IMG/VR virus record: IMGVR_UViG_3300025876_000005
Span: 8,643-72,642 of that record
Source: a virus
Strand: one strand, 5' to 3'
DNA: 64,000 nucleotides
Shown: one piece after another, positions 1-8,178 of the stretch
How positions within the stretch are numbered: the stretch's first letter is position 1
Layout: each line of letters begins with the position of its first letter
The notes under the pieces: model-generated
The model's input: the letters and a program-made list of their open reading frames with translations, nothing else
The model's database searches: none
What the model was told of the DNA's origin: nothing
Position numbers and translations under genes: made by a program

Positions 1-1044
1 GGTAAGGAGCTCTATATTGTTGGCGGTGCTGTCAGAGATGCAATCATGGGTAAAAAGCCTAAGGATTTTGACCTTGCAACTGATGCCTTTCCAGAAGAGG
101 TGGTTAACATGGTCCAAGGGGCTGGTTACTCTACGATTGGAGAGGTTGGGCAGCAGTTTGGTGTTGTGATTGTGCAAATACCTTCAGATAAGAATGGAGT
201 TGAGATTGCCACGTTTAGAGAGGACCTTTCAGGAGGTCGCAGACCGGATGCTGTAAAATACTCAACCATCGACAAGGATGTTCTTAGACGAGACTTAACA
301 ATTAACGCTCTTTTCTACGATATTGGCAGAGGCGAGATTGTTGACCTGGTTGGAGGACTAAAAGACATCCAGGACCAGAAGATTCGAACTGTTGGCGCTG
401 CTGCTGATCGATTTGCTGAAGATCCATTAAGAAAGCTGAGAGCACTCAGATTTGCAGGCAGGACTGGTTCTAAACTAGAGAAGGAGACGGCAGATGCTAT
501 CTTGACCGACAATAGCCTGGAAGGTGTTAGCCCTGAAAGGATTCGTGATGAGTTTAAGAAGTCAATTGAATCTGCAAAGAAGCCAGTCGACTACTTAAAT
601 ATGGTTAGTCACTTTAGTCTATGGGATATTATGTTTCCAAATCTTGTAATTTCAACCAATTTTGTCAATACTAACACTTGGCCTATTCAATTGACTCACC
701 TGTTTGATATGAACTCAAACGATATGATTAAGAAGGAGATGAATAGGATGACTTTTACGTCAGACGAGGTTAATGCTGTGGTCTTTCTAAAGAACCTGAG
801 GGACCTTAAGCCTGAAAATGTGTTTGACCTTTACAAGCAGTGGGTGACCACCAAGGTTGACAAGGATGTAATTACACAGTTTGCGAAGATAAATAGATTA
901 GATCTGAAGCAAATTAAGGCCTTCTTAAAGTACAAACCAACAACCGATGGTAATTGGGTAATGCGAGAGTTTGGCGTTAAGGGACCACAAATTGCGCAAA
1001 AGATTAAAGAAATAGAGGCTGAAAAATACAAAAAAACAATATGA
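1..1044 (+). CDS. cca: CCA-adding tRNA nucleotidyltransferase / poly(A) polymerase family (class II), 5'-truncated by the window edge
   Basis: Frame is open from base 1: GKELYIVGGAVRDAIMGKKPKDFD (VGGAVRD...DxD), EIATFR, RRDLTINA, RFAEDPLRKLRALRF, ERIRDE motifs. Confidence 0.9.
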   Translation, partial: GKELYIVGGAVRDAIMGKKPKDFDLATDAFPEEVVNMVQGAGYSTIGEVGQQFGVVIVQIPSDKNGVEIATFREDLSGGRRPDAVKYSTIDKDVLRRDLTINALFYDIGRGEIVDLVGGLKDIQDQKIRTVGAAADRFAEDPLRKLRALRFAGRTGSKLEKETADAILTDNSLEGVSPERIRDEFKKSIESAKKPVDYLNMVSHFSLWDIMFPNLVISTNFVNTNTWPIQLTHLFDMNSNDMIKKEMNRMTFTSDEVNAVVFLKNLRDLKPENVFDLYKQWVTTKVDKDVITQFAKINRLDLKQIKAFLKYKPTTDGNWVMREFGVKGPQIAQKIKEIEAEKYKKTI

Positions 1045-1066
1045 AACACGTAAAACTAATTAAAGT

Positions 1067-1672
1067 ATGATTGTTTTAGACTTAATAGAAGAGCTAAATA
1101 AAGCTAAAGACGGTGTATCTAGCCTGGTTCGCTTAATAGGCAAACATAAAAAGGCTAGAGTTACTAATTCACCTTTACCTTATATAAGGTCTAGAGTGTA
1201 CACAGAACCAGAACACTTTAATACGTTAAAGCTTAATATAGGTGATTTTGTTTCTATTGCACAAGAATGCAAATTTCTACTAAGTGGAAACCATAACATG
1301 AATAGAGTAACTACATATTTGCCAGGTTTTAATCTATGCCAACCTAGAGAAGGTAACATTTTATCTAACGGTGAGATTACTATTGGTAACGATGTTTGGA
1401 TTGGACAGAATGTAACTGTACTAAGTGGTGTTACAATAGGCCACGGTGCTGTAATAGGTGCGAATGCAACGGTAACTAAAGATGTTGAGCCTTATACAAT
1501 TGTAGGTGGGTTTCCAGCTAAAGAGATTAGAAAAAGATTTGATAAAGAAACAATTAATAAATTACTTGAAAGTAAATGGTGGGAATTAGACCTTAATGCA
1601 TTAGAAGATAGATTTGAACTTATTTTCTCAGAGGATATTGAGGGCTTTTTACAATCATTAAAACAATTATAA
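1067..1672 (+). CDS. CatB/Vat-related hexapeptide-repeat O-acetyltransferase
   Basis: IGNDVWIG..VTVLSGVTIGHGAVIGANATVTKDVEPYTIVGGFPAKEIRKRF...LLESKWW signature. Confidence 0.88.
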   Translation: MIVLDLIEELNKAKDGVSSLVRLIGKHKKARVTNSPLPYIRSRVYTEPEHFNTLKLNIGDFVSIAQECKFLLSGNHNMNRVTTYLPGFNLCQPREGNILSNGEITIGNDVWIGQNVTVLSGVTIGHGAVIGANATVTKDVEPYTIVGGFPAKEIRKRFDKETINKLLESKWWELDLNALEDRFELIFSEDIEGFLQSLKQL

Positions 1673-1677
1673 ACCAT

Positions 1678-1866
1678 ATGAAAAAGTTAAACCAAGAAAG
1701 AATCCCAGTAATCACTGATATTCTAAATGACATTAACGCAAAGAAGGGAGTTGAGATTGGTGTTTTTAAAGGCCAATTTACTAAACAACTATTAGAGATC
1801 TCGGCCGTATACAATAGATATGATGATAGAGTTATTAAATTAAAGTCTGCTAAGGCACCTAAATAA
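1678..1866 (+). pseudogene. Truncated class I SAM-dependent methyltransferase fragment (Methyltransf_24-like N-terminus) with an unrelated tail
   Basis: GVEIGVFKGQFT motif I; only 62 aa, and the rest of the Rossmann fold is absent. Confidence 0.55.
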
Positions 1867-1868
1867 TT

Positions 1869-2120
1869 ATGAAACACGTAAAATCTTTTGAGCTATTTGA
1901 AAAAGCAACCAAGGCAGAATACAACTCTAAAATTAAGGACCTTAAAGATAAGATAGGAGACCTTGCCAACAAGTATGATGATCTTAGTGTTAAAAATAGA
2001 GATGAAGAAGATGCATACAAGCAAGAGATTAACGCCTTAACTTTACAAAAGATTCAGTTTCAAAAAGAAATAGCTAAAATCGATATAAATATCAACAAAA
2101 TAAAAAGAACAATACTGTGA
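1869..2120 (+). CDS. Hypothetical coiled-coil protein with MKHVKSFELFE leader
   Basis: ORF with A-rich start context; shared leader motif. Confidence 0.7.
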   Translation: MKHVKSFELFEKATKAEYNSKIKDLKDKIGDLANKYDDLSVKNRDEEDAYKQEINALTLQKIQFQKEIAKIDININKIKRTIL

Positions 2121-2995
2121 AGAAAGTAGGACTATACGAACAATTCGTAAACGAAGAGTTTATCTTCGATAAAATTAACAACGAGCCGCTTTTCAATCAA
2201 CATGAAAAGATGTCAGCAAGTGACTTCTTAAAGAGAATTAAGAACTCACCAGAGGCAAAACAAGCTCTTAAATCTAACCTAAACTTTGGTAAAGGTATTA
2301 AGGCTGTTAAATTCTTAAAGAAAGCACTACCAGTTAGACTTGAGGTTTCAGTCTATAGATCAGAATGGAACTATGGAGGTAACCTAGTCCTAAGTATTGG
2401 TGTTGTTGGTATGGGCACAACTACTTACAAAGATGCTCCTCTTTCATATACTTCAGGTGATAGTACACGAGGTCCAGGATATTCTGTAGGCCACTACTTC
2501 GAAGGATTACCAAATCCAAACGGTGGAAAACCAATTGAGAAATATGTAACATACGGTACATATAAAGCAATTTCAAAGCACGATGAAATGCTAGAAGATA
2601 TTGTAAAAATATTTGCCGAATATGAGAAGAAACATGGTGCTCCGTTTAATCCAAGAGAGGCTAAGAAGATTGCTAAGAATAGAGCTGCAATTGAAAAGCA
2701 ATTCAATACTTTAAGTGATAAAGTTAGCAAGGACTACTATGCAATGAAGGACATAGCCAGAAAGCTGGGTATTGATACAAGACAACCTACTCTAGTTATG
2801 AAACACGGAGAGGTTCGTATGAAAATAGATGAGCCTAGACAGTATAGACATCCAGATGAGTATGGTAGTGATGCAACAATGAGCAAAGAATACACTAAGT
2901 TCGAGAAGTTACAGTCAAAAATTATCGACGCACTTCAGAAATTTACAGATAAACATGGCTTAGAATTAAGCGTTGCTGCAGACTGGAGTTACTAG
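2117..2995 (+). CDS. Hypothetical protein with MKKVGLYEQFVNE leader (putative internal head protein)
   Basis: 292 aa ORF, GTG start overlapping the upstream stop. Confidence 0.75.
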   Translation: MKKVGLYEQFVNEEFIFDKINNEPLFNQHEKMSASDFLKRIKNSPEAKQALKSNLNFGKGIKAVKFLKKALPVRLEVSVYRSEWNYGGNLVLSIGVVGMGTTTYKDAPLSYTSGDSTRGPGYSVGHYFEGLPNPNGGKPIEKYVTYGTYKAISKHDEMLEDIVKIFAEYEKKHGAPFNPREAKKIAKNRAAIEKQFNTLSDKVSKDYYAMKDIARKLGIDTRQPTLVMKHGEVRMKIDEPRQYRHPDEYGSDATMSKEYTKFEKLQSKIIDALQKFTDKHGLELSVAADWSY

Positions 2996-3035
2996 CGAAT
3001 ATGACAAATTGTTAATAACTTTTTGCAAAATAATT

Positions 3036-3066
3036 GGCCTGACATTTTTTTATGTCAGGCTTTTTT
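3036..3066 (+). terminator. Rho-independent terminator-like hairpin
   Basis: GCCTGACAT-6 nt-ATGTCAGGC followed by T6. Confidence 0.7.
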
Positions 3067-3068
3067 AT

Positions 3069-3090
3069 TATATTAGTACTGTAATTAAAA
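3069..3090 (+). promoter_or_regulatory. Putative early promoter, copy 1 (TATATTAGTACTGTAATTAAAA)
   Basis: 22-nt motif shared with 4525-4546 and 8222-8243, each upstream of small ORFs. Confidence 0.65.
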
Positions 3091-3098
3091 GCAACAAC

Positions 3099-3260
3099 AT
3101 GAGATATTTAGTAAGATACTGGAACGGACAAGAAATCATCAACGACCTTAGAACCAACAACATTTCACAAGCAATCGCCAGAGAGATTGAATTGCGCAAA
3201 GAGCTCGGTAAAGATAACGTATGGATGGCTGATGCTGTTCAAGAAATAATGGTAGGATAA
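3099..3260 (+). CDS. Small hypothetical early protein (MRYLVRYWNG...)
   Basis: ATG 3099 follows the promoter motif; the upstream part of the called ORF spans a terminator and promoter. Confidence 0.65.
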   Translation: MRYLVRYWNGQEIINDLRTNNISQAIAREIELRKELGKDNVWMADAVQEIMVG

Positions 3261-3466
3261 TGGAAATCACAAAGAAATCACAATTGACCGGCAAGGTTCA
3301 CACGATGGACCTTAATGTTACTCAAGAACAGCTTGATCGCTGGCAAAGAGGTACATTAATTCAAAAGGCAATTCCACAGTTGCGCCCTGACGAGCGTGAG
3401 TTCTTAATCAGCGGTATAACCCCGCAGGAATGGGAAGAAACATTCGGAGCATATGAAGATAACTAA
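3260..3466 (+). CDS. Small phage hypothetical protein (LIQKAIPQLRPDEREFLISGITPQEW)
   Basis: Translationally coupled ORF; motif typical of small phage proteins. Confidence 0.75.
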   Translation: MEITKKSQLTGKVHTMDLNVTQEQLDRWQRGTLIQKAIPQLRPDEREFLISGITPQEWEETFGAYEDN

Positions 3467-4496
3467 AGACATATTAGACAGATATGTAGCGGAAGGTTGG
3501 CTGATCTCACAGACTCACCCAACTCTGCCATTAACTATTTACAACTACTCTCAAGCAACTCAGTATGATGCACATTGGGACGAGGTTACTCTTCAGTGCC
3601 GTGGACTTGTAGTAGATGATATGGGTACTATTGTTGCTCGTCCATTCAAGAAGTTCTTTAACATCGAGGAGAACAAGCACACTGCAACAAATGAATTTGA
3701 GATCTACGAGAAGATGGATGGTTCATTAGGCATCATGTTCTACTACAACGGTGAATGGGTCTTTGCATCACGTGGTTCTTTTACCTCTGAGCAGGCCTTA
3801 AAGTTTAAGGAGATCTTCACAAGCAAGTATATGACCTCTCACCTTACAGTGACTAATACTTACATGTTTGAGATTATTTACCCTGAAAACCGGATCGTTG
3901 TAAACTATGGTGACATGGAGGATGTAGTTATGTTAGGTGAGATTCATACTGCTTCTGGTGAAGAGTTGGGTATGGATTACTGGCAGAACAGCATTTTTAA
4001 CATCGTTAAGAGGTATGACTTTAAGGACTACAATGAGATTCAAAAGCTGAACTGGGATAACAAAGAGGGTTTTATCGTTAGGTTCTCTAATGGAGATCGT
4101 TGTAAGATCAAGTTTGCTGACTATGTGAAATTACACCGAGTCTTGACTAACTGTTCTTCTTACGATGTCTGGGAAAACTTAAAGACTTTTGGTAAGTTAC
4201 CTGAAGAGATGTTGAAAGATGTTCCGGATGAGTTCTACGATTGGGTTAACCAACTGGAAGTGCGCTTGAAAGAAGAGTATGATTTTGTTTTCAATCAGCA
4301 TATGGCACATCTTTCCAGCACTCTTAGATATGGACTTGATCGTAAAGAATTTGCACTGAGAGTTCAAGAGTTAAATGGAGTCAATCATGGACTTATTTTT
4401 GCTATGTATAACACTAAAGAAGATAAAGTGAAACAATTAATCTGGAAGATGATAAAACCGGCTTACGAGAAGCCTTTTAATGAAAAAACTTCATAA
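3453..4496 (+). CDS. rnlA: T4 Rnl1/RnlA-family RNA ligase
   Basis: YNYSQ, CRGLV, ARPFKKFFN, motif I EKMDGSLG, ASRGSF, FEIIYPENRIVV, EGFIV, KIKF..Y. Confidence 0.9.
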   Translation: MKITKDILDRYVAEGWLISQTHPTLPLTIYNYSQATQYDAHWDEVTLQCRGLVVDDMGTIVARPFKKFFNIEENKHTATNEFEIYEKMDGSLGIMFYYNGEWVFASRGSFTSEQALKFKEIFTSKYMTSHLTVTNTYMFEIIYPENRIVVNYGDMEDVVMLGEIHTASGEELGMDYWQNSIFNIVKRYDFKDYNEIQKLNWDNKEGFIVRFSNGDRCKIKFADYVKLHRVLTNCSSYDVWENLKTFGKLPEEMLKDVPDEFYDWVNQLEVRLKEEYDFVFNQHMAHLSSTLRYGLDRKEFALRVQELNGVNHGLIFAMYNTKEDKVKQLIWKMIKPAYEKPFNEKTS

Positions 4497-4524
4497 AAAG
4501 TTTTACCGATTCAAATATTATGTT

Positions 4525-4546
4525 TATATTTGTTCTATAATTAAAA
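4525..4546 (+). promoter_or_regulatory. Putative early promoter, copy 2 (TATATTTGTTCTATAATTAAAA); contains the Bacteroidota -7 box TAnnTTTG
   Basis: TATATTTG at 4525-4532 in an intergenic region. Confidence 0.7.
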
Positions 4547-4571
4547 GTTAAACCATTAAAAAATAAAAATT

Positions 4572-4787
4572 ATGACTAAAGTAGAATTAGATTACAGTAA
4601 AGTACACGACATTGAAGTAGATGGAATTGATACAAGAGACTATCCAGATTTCTGCGATGCTTATATCGCTAGTGCAACTATTGAAAACGAGGACGGTACC
4701 TTTCGAGATGCCACTGAGGATGAAGTAGAGGAAATGAATGAAGATTCAGATTTCGTTTACACAGCGGTAGAAAATTACTTATATTAA
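4572..4787 (+). CDS. Small acidic phage hypothetical protein (DGIDTRDYPDFCDAYI)
   Basis: ORF after the promoter; recurrent phage-type motif. Confidence 0.8.
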   Translation: MTKVELDYSKVHDIEVDGIDTRDYPDFCDAYIASATIENEDGTFRDATEDEVEEMNEDSDFVYTAVENYLY

Positions 4788-4808
4788 TAAACTTATACTA
4801 ATATAGAA

Positions 4809-5414
4809 ATGCAAACAATACTCAATATTTTAACAGCAACGTTAACATTATTTGCGGTTATCGACATGGTCGGTAACGTGCCGCTGATTATTAAGCTCAG
4901 AAAGACACATGGCGAAATAGAGTCATTTAAGGGCACTTATATTGCAGCATGTATTATGATAGGCACTCTCTTTGTAGGTACATATGTCTTTCAACTCTTG
5001 GGCATCGAAACGTTTCACTTCGGCCTTGCAGGTTCATTCTTAATCCTCTACTTTGGCGTTAAGATGGTACTTGGTATTGATGATAACGGGCAGCAGAAAA
5101 AAGAGGCCATGAAGGCTACTATATTTCCAGTTGCGTTTCCGTTAATAGCCGGGCCGGGTACTCTGTCGACGATTATGTCACTGACAAGTGAGTTTACTAA
5201 ACTTGAGATTGTAGTTGCAATTGTCTTAAACTCTGTTGTGATCTATCTCGTTCTCAAGAGTGCGGATTGGATTAAAAACAAAGTTGGCACAACTGGCATT
5301 ATCATCGTCGAACGTGTCTTCGGTATTATCCTGATTGCAATAGGCATGAAGATCCTGTTACAGAACCTGCTACTAAGCATTCAATATGCTTCTAGCGTAA
5401 TAAACACAATATGA
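4809..5414 (+). CDS. marC: MarC-family integral membrane protein
   Basis: LFAVIDMVGNVP, FPVAFPLIAGPGTLSTI, ERVFGIILIAIG; about 6 TM segments. Confidence 0.88.
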   Translation: MQTILNILTATLTLFAVIDMVGNVPLIIKLRKTHGEIESFKGTYIAACIMIGTLFVGTYVFQLLGIETFHFGLAGSFLILYFGVKMVLGIDDNGQQKKEAMKATIFPVAFPLIAGPGTLSTIMSLTSEFTKLEIVVAIVLNSVVIYLVLKSADWIKNKVGTTGIIIVERVFGIILIAIGMKILLQNLLLSIQYASSVINTI

Positions 5415-5495
5415 GAGAATTTACATGTTGGCGCAGATGGAAGAGTTTAAGATACGAACATGGACTAGCATAAGCTAACAATAAGTTATAAATTG

Positions 5496-5524
5496 AAGGC
5501 CAAACATTTGTTTGGCCTTTTTTT
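5496..5524 (+). terminator. Rho-independent terminator
   Basis: AAGGCCAAAC-ATTT-GTTTGGCCTT followed by a T run. Confidence 0.8.
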
Positions 5525-5588
5525 GTGCTCTAGTTGAAACTTTTTGGTAGTATCATAATATATACTACTGAACTTTAAACTTATCGAT

Positions 5589-7034
5589 ATGAAACTAGTA
5601 GACGCACTTCGTCAAGAGGACTGTTTGACTGAAAATGGCATGGCAACCAACAGTAGCTCTTTAAGCGCAGTTGTAGACCTATTCTTTAATATAGGTGCTA
5701 TGCGCGGTCAAGACAAAGATCGTTTAATCGCAACTTTCTCAAAGGCATTTTACCAAGATCCGACTCGAGCAATGAAAATCTTGTTCTGGGCTCGTGATGT
5801 TCGCGGTGGAGCTGGAGAGCGTCAAATCTTCCGTGATATTATGGGCTACTTGTTGGAGTCTCATCCAGAAGCCTTGAAGATAAACCTCAACCTAATTCCA
5901 GAATTCGGACGTTGGGATGACCTTCTAGTCCTTGAGGACACTAAATTACAAGCGGATGCGTTTGACCTAATCCAAAAGGCTCTTCTTGAAGACCAAAATG
6001 GACTTGCGGCAAAATGGCTACCGCGTAAGGGTGTTACTGCAGCTAAGTTGCGTAATCATATGGGCTTAACGCCAAAGCTTTACCGTAAGGTTCTGGTTAG
6101 TCTAACTAACGTAGTTGAGCAGCTAATGTGTGCTAAGAAGTGGGAAGACATTGACTTCTCTAAACTGCCTTCAGTTGCAGGTGCTCGTTATCAAAAAGCG
6201 TTCTGGAAGAATGCTAAGGATCAATACGAGGCCTACATTGGTAAACTGCAAAAAGGTGAGGCTAAGATCAATGCTGGTGCAGTTTATCCTTACGATATTA
6301 CTAAGTCTCTGCACAGAGGAAACGCTGACGTTGCGACCGAGCAGTGGAAAGCACTACCAAACTGGATGGAAGGAGCCAACGAAATGATCTTGCCAATGGT
6401 AGACGTTTCAGGTTCAATGAATACTCCAGCTGGCGGTAATCCAAACGTAACTTGTATGGATGTTGCAGTTTCATTAGGTCTCTATATTTCTGAAAAGAAT
6501 GTGGGTCCTTTTAAAGATGCGTTCTTAACTTTCAGCGGTAAGCCAGAATTACAGATCTTGACTGGAAGCTTGAAAGACAGATTCCAACAGTTAAGCCGAT
6601 CAGAGTGGGCAATGAACACTAACCTTGAAGCAGCCTTTAAGCAAGTCCTAGACCAGGCTGTAAAGCACAGCGTCTCACAAGACCAAATGCCTGATAAGAT
6701 CTTGATCCTATCAGATATGGAGTTTGACGAAGCAACTTCAACTAGAGGTTACTGGGGCAGAAATGACAATACTGCTGAATGGAACCCAACTGCTCAACAA
6801 ATGATTGAGAAAATGTACAATGACGCTGGTTATAAAATGCCAAAGATCGTATACTGGAACATTCAGTCTAGAAATGGTCAGTCTCCAGTTAGATTTGACA
6901 AGCAAGGTACTGCGCTGATCAGTGGATTCTCACCAGCAATTATGACTTCGGTTATAGCAGCTGAAGAGTTTACGCCAGCTAGTATCATGGATGAAACAAT
7001 CATGGGCGAAAGGTATAAAAACATTAAAGCGTAA
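5589..7034 (+). CDS. DUF2828-family TROVE/Ro60-like protein with C-terminal vWA (MIDAS) domain
   Basis: TENG..VDLFF, ARDVRGGAGER, FGRWDDL, AAKWLPR; vWA DVSGSM, TNLEAAF, ILSDMEFD, YWN, SGFS. Confidence 0.85.
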   Translation: MKLVDALRQEDCLTENGMATNSSSLSAVVDLFFNIGAMRGQDKDRLIATFSKAFYQDPTRAMKILFWARDVRGGAGERQIFRDIMGYLLESHPEALKINLNLIPEFGRWDDLLVLEDTKLQADAFDLIQKALLEDQNGLAAKWLPRKGVTAAKLRNHMGLTPKLYRKVLVSLTNVVEQLMCAKKWEDIDFSKLPSVAGARYQKAFWKNAKDQYEAYIGKLQKGEAKINAGAVYPYDITKSLHRGNADVATEQWKALPNWMEGANEMILPMVDVSGSMNTPAGGNPNVTCMDVAVSLGLYISEKNVGPFKDAFLTFSGKPELQILTGSLKDRFQQLSRSEWAMNTNLEAAFKQVLDQAVKHSVSQDQMPDKILILSDMEFDEATSTRGYWGRNDNTAEWNPTAQQMIEKMYNDAGYKMPKIVYWNIQSRNGQSPVRFDKQGTALISGFSPAIMTSVIAAEEFTPASIMDETIMGERYKNIKA

Positions 7035-7080
7035 ACATGGCAACAATAGACGTAGAGTTCTTTAATATATAAACAAAATA

Positions 7081-7146
7081 AGGTTTCTTACAGCAAACTA
7101 CAATACTTACAAGCAAATATCAAGTTAAAGTTCAAGAAACCTGTTA
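7081..7146 (+). ncRNA. Putative small RNA 1 (Y-RNA-like): 9-bp terminal stem, ACAGCAAAC, CCUGUUA tail
   Basis: AGGTTTCTT (7081-7089) is the exact reverse complement of AAGAAACCT (7134-7142); ACAGCAAAC at 7090-7098; region has no ORF of 60 aa or more. Confidence 0.6.
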
Positions 7147-7147
7147 A

Positions 7148-7393
7148 AGGATCGGTACAGCAAACAGTACCTTATATACTATGACAGAGTTAGCGAAGCA
7201 ATTTCGGTTGTATTGAGCTAACAAGACCCGGAAAGCAGTGCCCTGGTTGAAAACTACAAGCACGCCATCAACTTCTCACTGTTGACGAAGAAGCACCAGA
7301 CCAGCTGAAGTATAGTAGGCCGTCGAAGCAGAAGTCTAAGATGTAAAAAGAGATATAGCTGCCGAGCTGAATAATACGAACACGATCCTGTTA
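7148..7393 (+). ncRNA. Putative structured RNA 2 (~245 nt, Y-RNA-like) with the same stem/ACAGCAAAC/CCUGUUA frame and several internal helices
   Basis: AGGATCG 7148-7154 pairs with CGATCCT 7383-7389; ACAGCAAAC 7157-7165; internal pairings 7170-7180/7309-7319, 7189-7194/7217-7222, a UUCG hairpin at 7198-7211, and 7238-7241/7260-7263. Confidence 0.62.
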
Positions 7394-7400
7394 TAACTTT

Positions 7401-7427
7401 AAAGCCAGACTTCGGTCTGGCTTTTTT
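7401..7427 (+). terminator. Rho-independent terminator closing the ncRNA unit
   Basis: AAAGCCAGAC-TTCG-GTCTGGCTTT followed by further Ts. Confidence 0.88.
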
Positions 7428-7429
7428 AG

Positions 7430-7437
7430 GATATATA
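7430..7437 (+). promoter_or_regulatory. Putative late promoter GATATATA (representative copy; others at 10571, 13064, 19396, 27591, 28928, 36234, 38666, 42687, 49601, 54850, 56248, 60670)
   Basis: Octamer recurs upstream of start codons, often right after terminators; analogous to the T4 late TATAAATA box. Confidence 0.7.
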
Positions 7438-7441
7438 TGTT

Positions 7442-8128
7442 ATGGCAGGAGATAGTCTTAAATTTAGATCAGAGAATAGCGTGTTGAGTAAGATTAACGG
7501 CACGCCTGATCCTACAGTATCTCAAGATCTCACAAGTACAACATCCGATGCGAGTAATAACGGTAGCTCTAAGATTACCGACAATCAGAGCGAACTCTCT
7601 GCAAAAGAGGGCCAAGGTTTAAATAAGGTCAATAACGCTGAAGATCCAGCTAAAGGCTCAGACGGTTTAAGCGTAAATGACATGAAAAATAAGTCTAGCG
7701 CTAAATCCTCAGAAAAATCAGACTTAGCTCCTATTAATGAAACGAAAGTGGATGCAAAGAGTGATGCTGATGGTAATATAGTTTCAAATATTTATAACTC
7801 TGGTAAATCTTATGTTAGCGACTGGTTAAAGACTAGAAAAGAAGAAGCTATTAATAAGCTAAGAGAATATGCCATTGAAAGTGTTAGTAATATAACAAAC
7901 CCTAAAAGTGATGACGGGCCTGATTCTAATGAAAATACACGTTCTACGCCTAAGTCAAGTATGGGCAGAGTACCGGCTTTAGATGCTCAACGACCATCAC
8001 CTGAAATACCGAACACAACAGGCCAAAAGGAAATACCAAGTCCTAAGATGCCGCCTCGAACTCCGGCAAATGCAATGCCAAAGATGAACATGCCGAAGGT
8101 ATCTGTTCCTAAGATGAGATTTAGATAA
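7442..8128 (+). CDS. Low-complexity Ser/Asn/Lys/Pro-rich hypothetical protein
   Basis: 228 aa ORF between a GATATATA box and a terminator; likely largely disordered. Confidence 0.7.
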   Translation: MAGDSLKFRSENSVLSKINGTPDPTVSQDLTSTTSDASNNGSSKITDNQSELSAKEGQGLNKVNNAEDPAKGSDGLSVNDMKNKSSAKSSEKSDLAPINETKVDAKSDADGNIVSNIYNSGKSYVSDWLKTRKEEAINKLREYAIESVSNITNPKSDDGPDSNENTRSTPKSSMGRVPALDAQRPSPEIPNTTGQKEIPSPKMPPRTPANAMPKMNMPKVSVPKMRFR

Positions 8129-8152
8129 TTTAGATTGAACAAGATAGATCTT

Positions 8153-8178
8153 GGGCCCCATTGGGGCCCTTTTTTTTG
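8153..8178 (+). terminator. Rho-independent terminator
   Basis: GGGCCCC-ATT-GGGGCCC followed by a T run. Confidence 0.85.

Larger units (their letters stand above)
1040..1883 (+). repeat. 16-bp direct repeat TATGAAACACGTAAAA (1040-1055 and 1868-1883) flanking the acetyltransferase/methyltransferase-fragment block
   Basis: Exact match read in sequence; both copies encode MKHVK starts. Confidence 0.8.

Noticed and set aside
2973-3098. 5' extensions of called ORFs (2973, 8432, 8880, 10240, 13665, 17022, 60596)
   Set aside because: The extensions overlap upstream genes, terminators or promoters; downstream ATGs have better context.
5411-5473. 20-codon ORF MREFTCWRRWKSLRYEHGLA after marC
   Set aside because: Too short, with no recognisable motif; may be a gene remnant but cannot be supported.
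7035-7430. tRNA, tmRNA or RNase P RNA identity for the non-coding stretch
   Set aside because: No cloverleaf with GTTCRA and CCA end, no tmRNA acceptor ends or tag ORF, and no RNase P P4 consensus were recognised.
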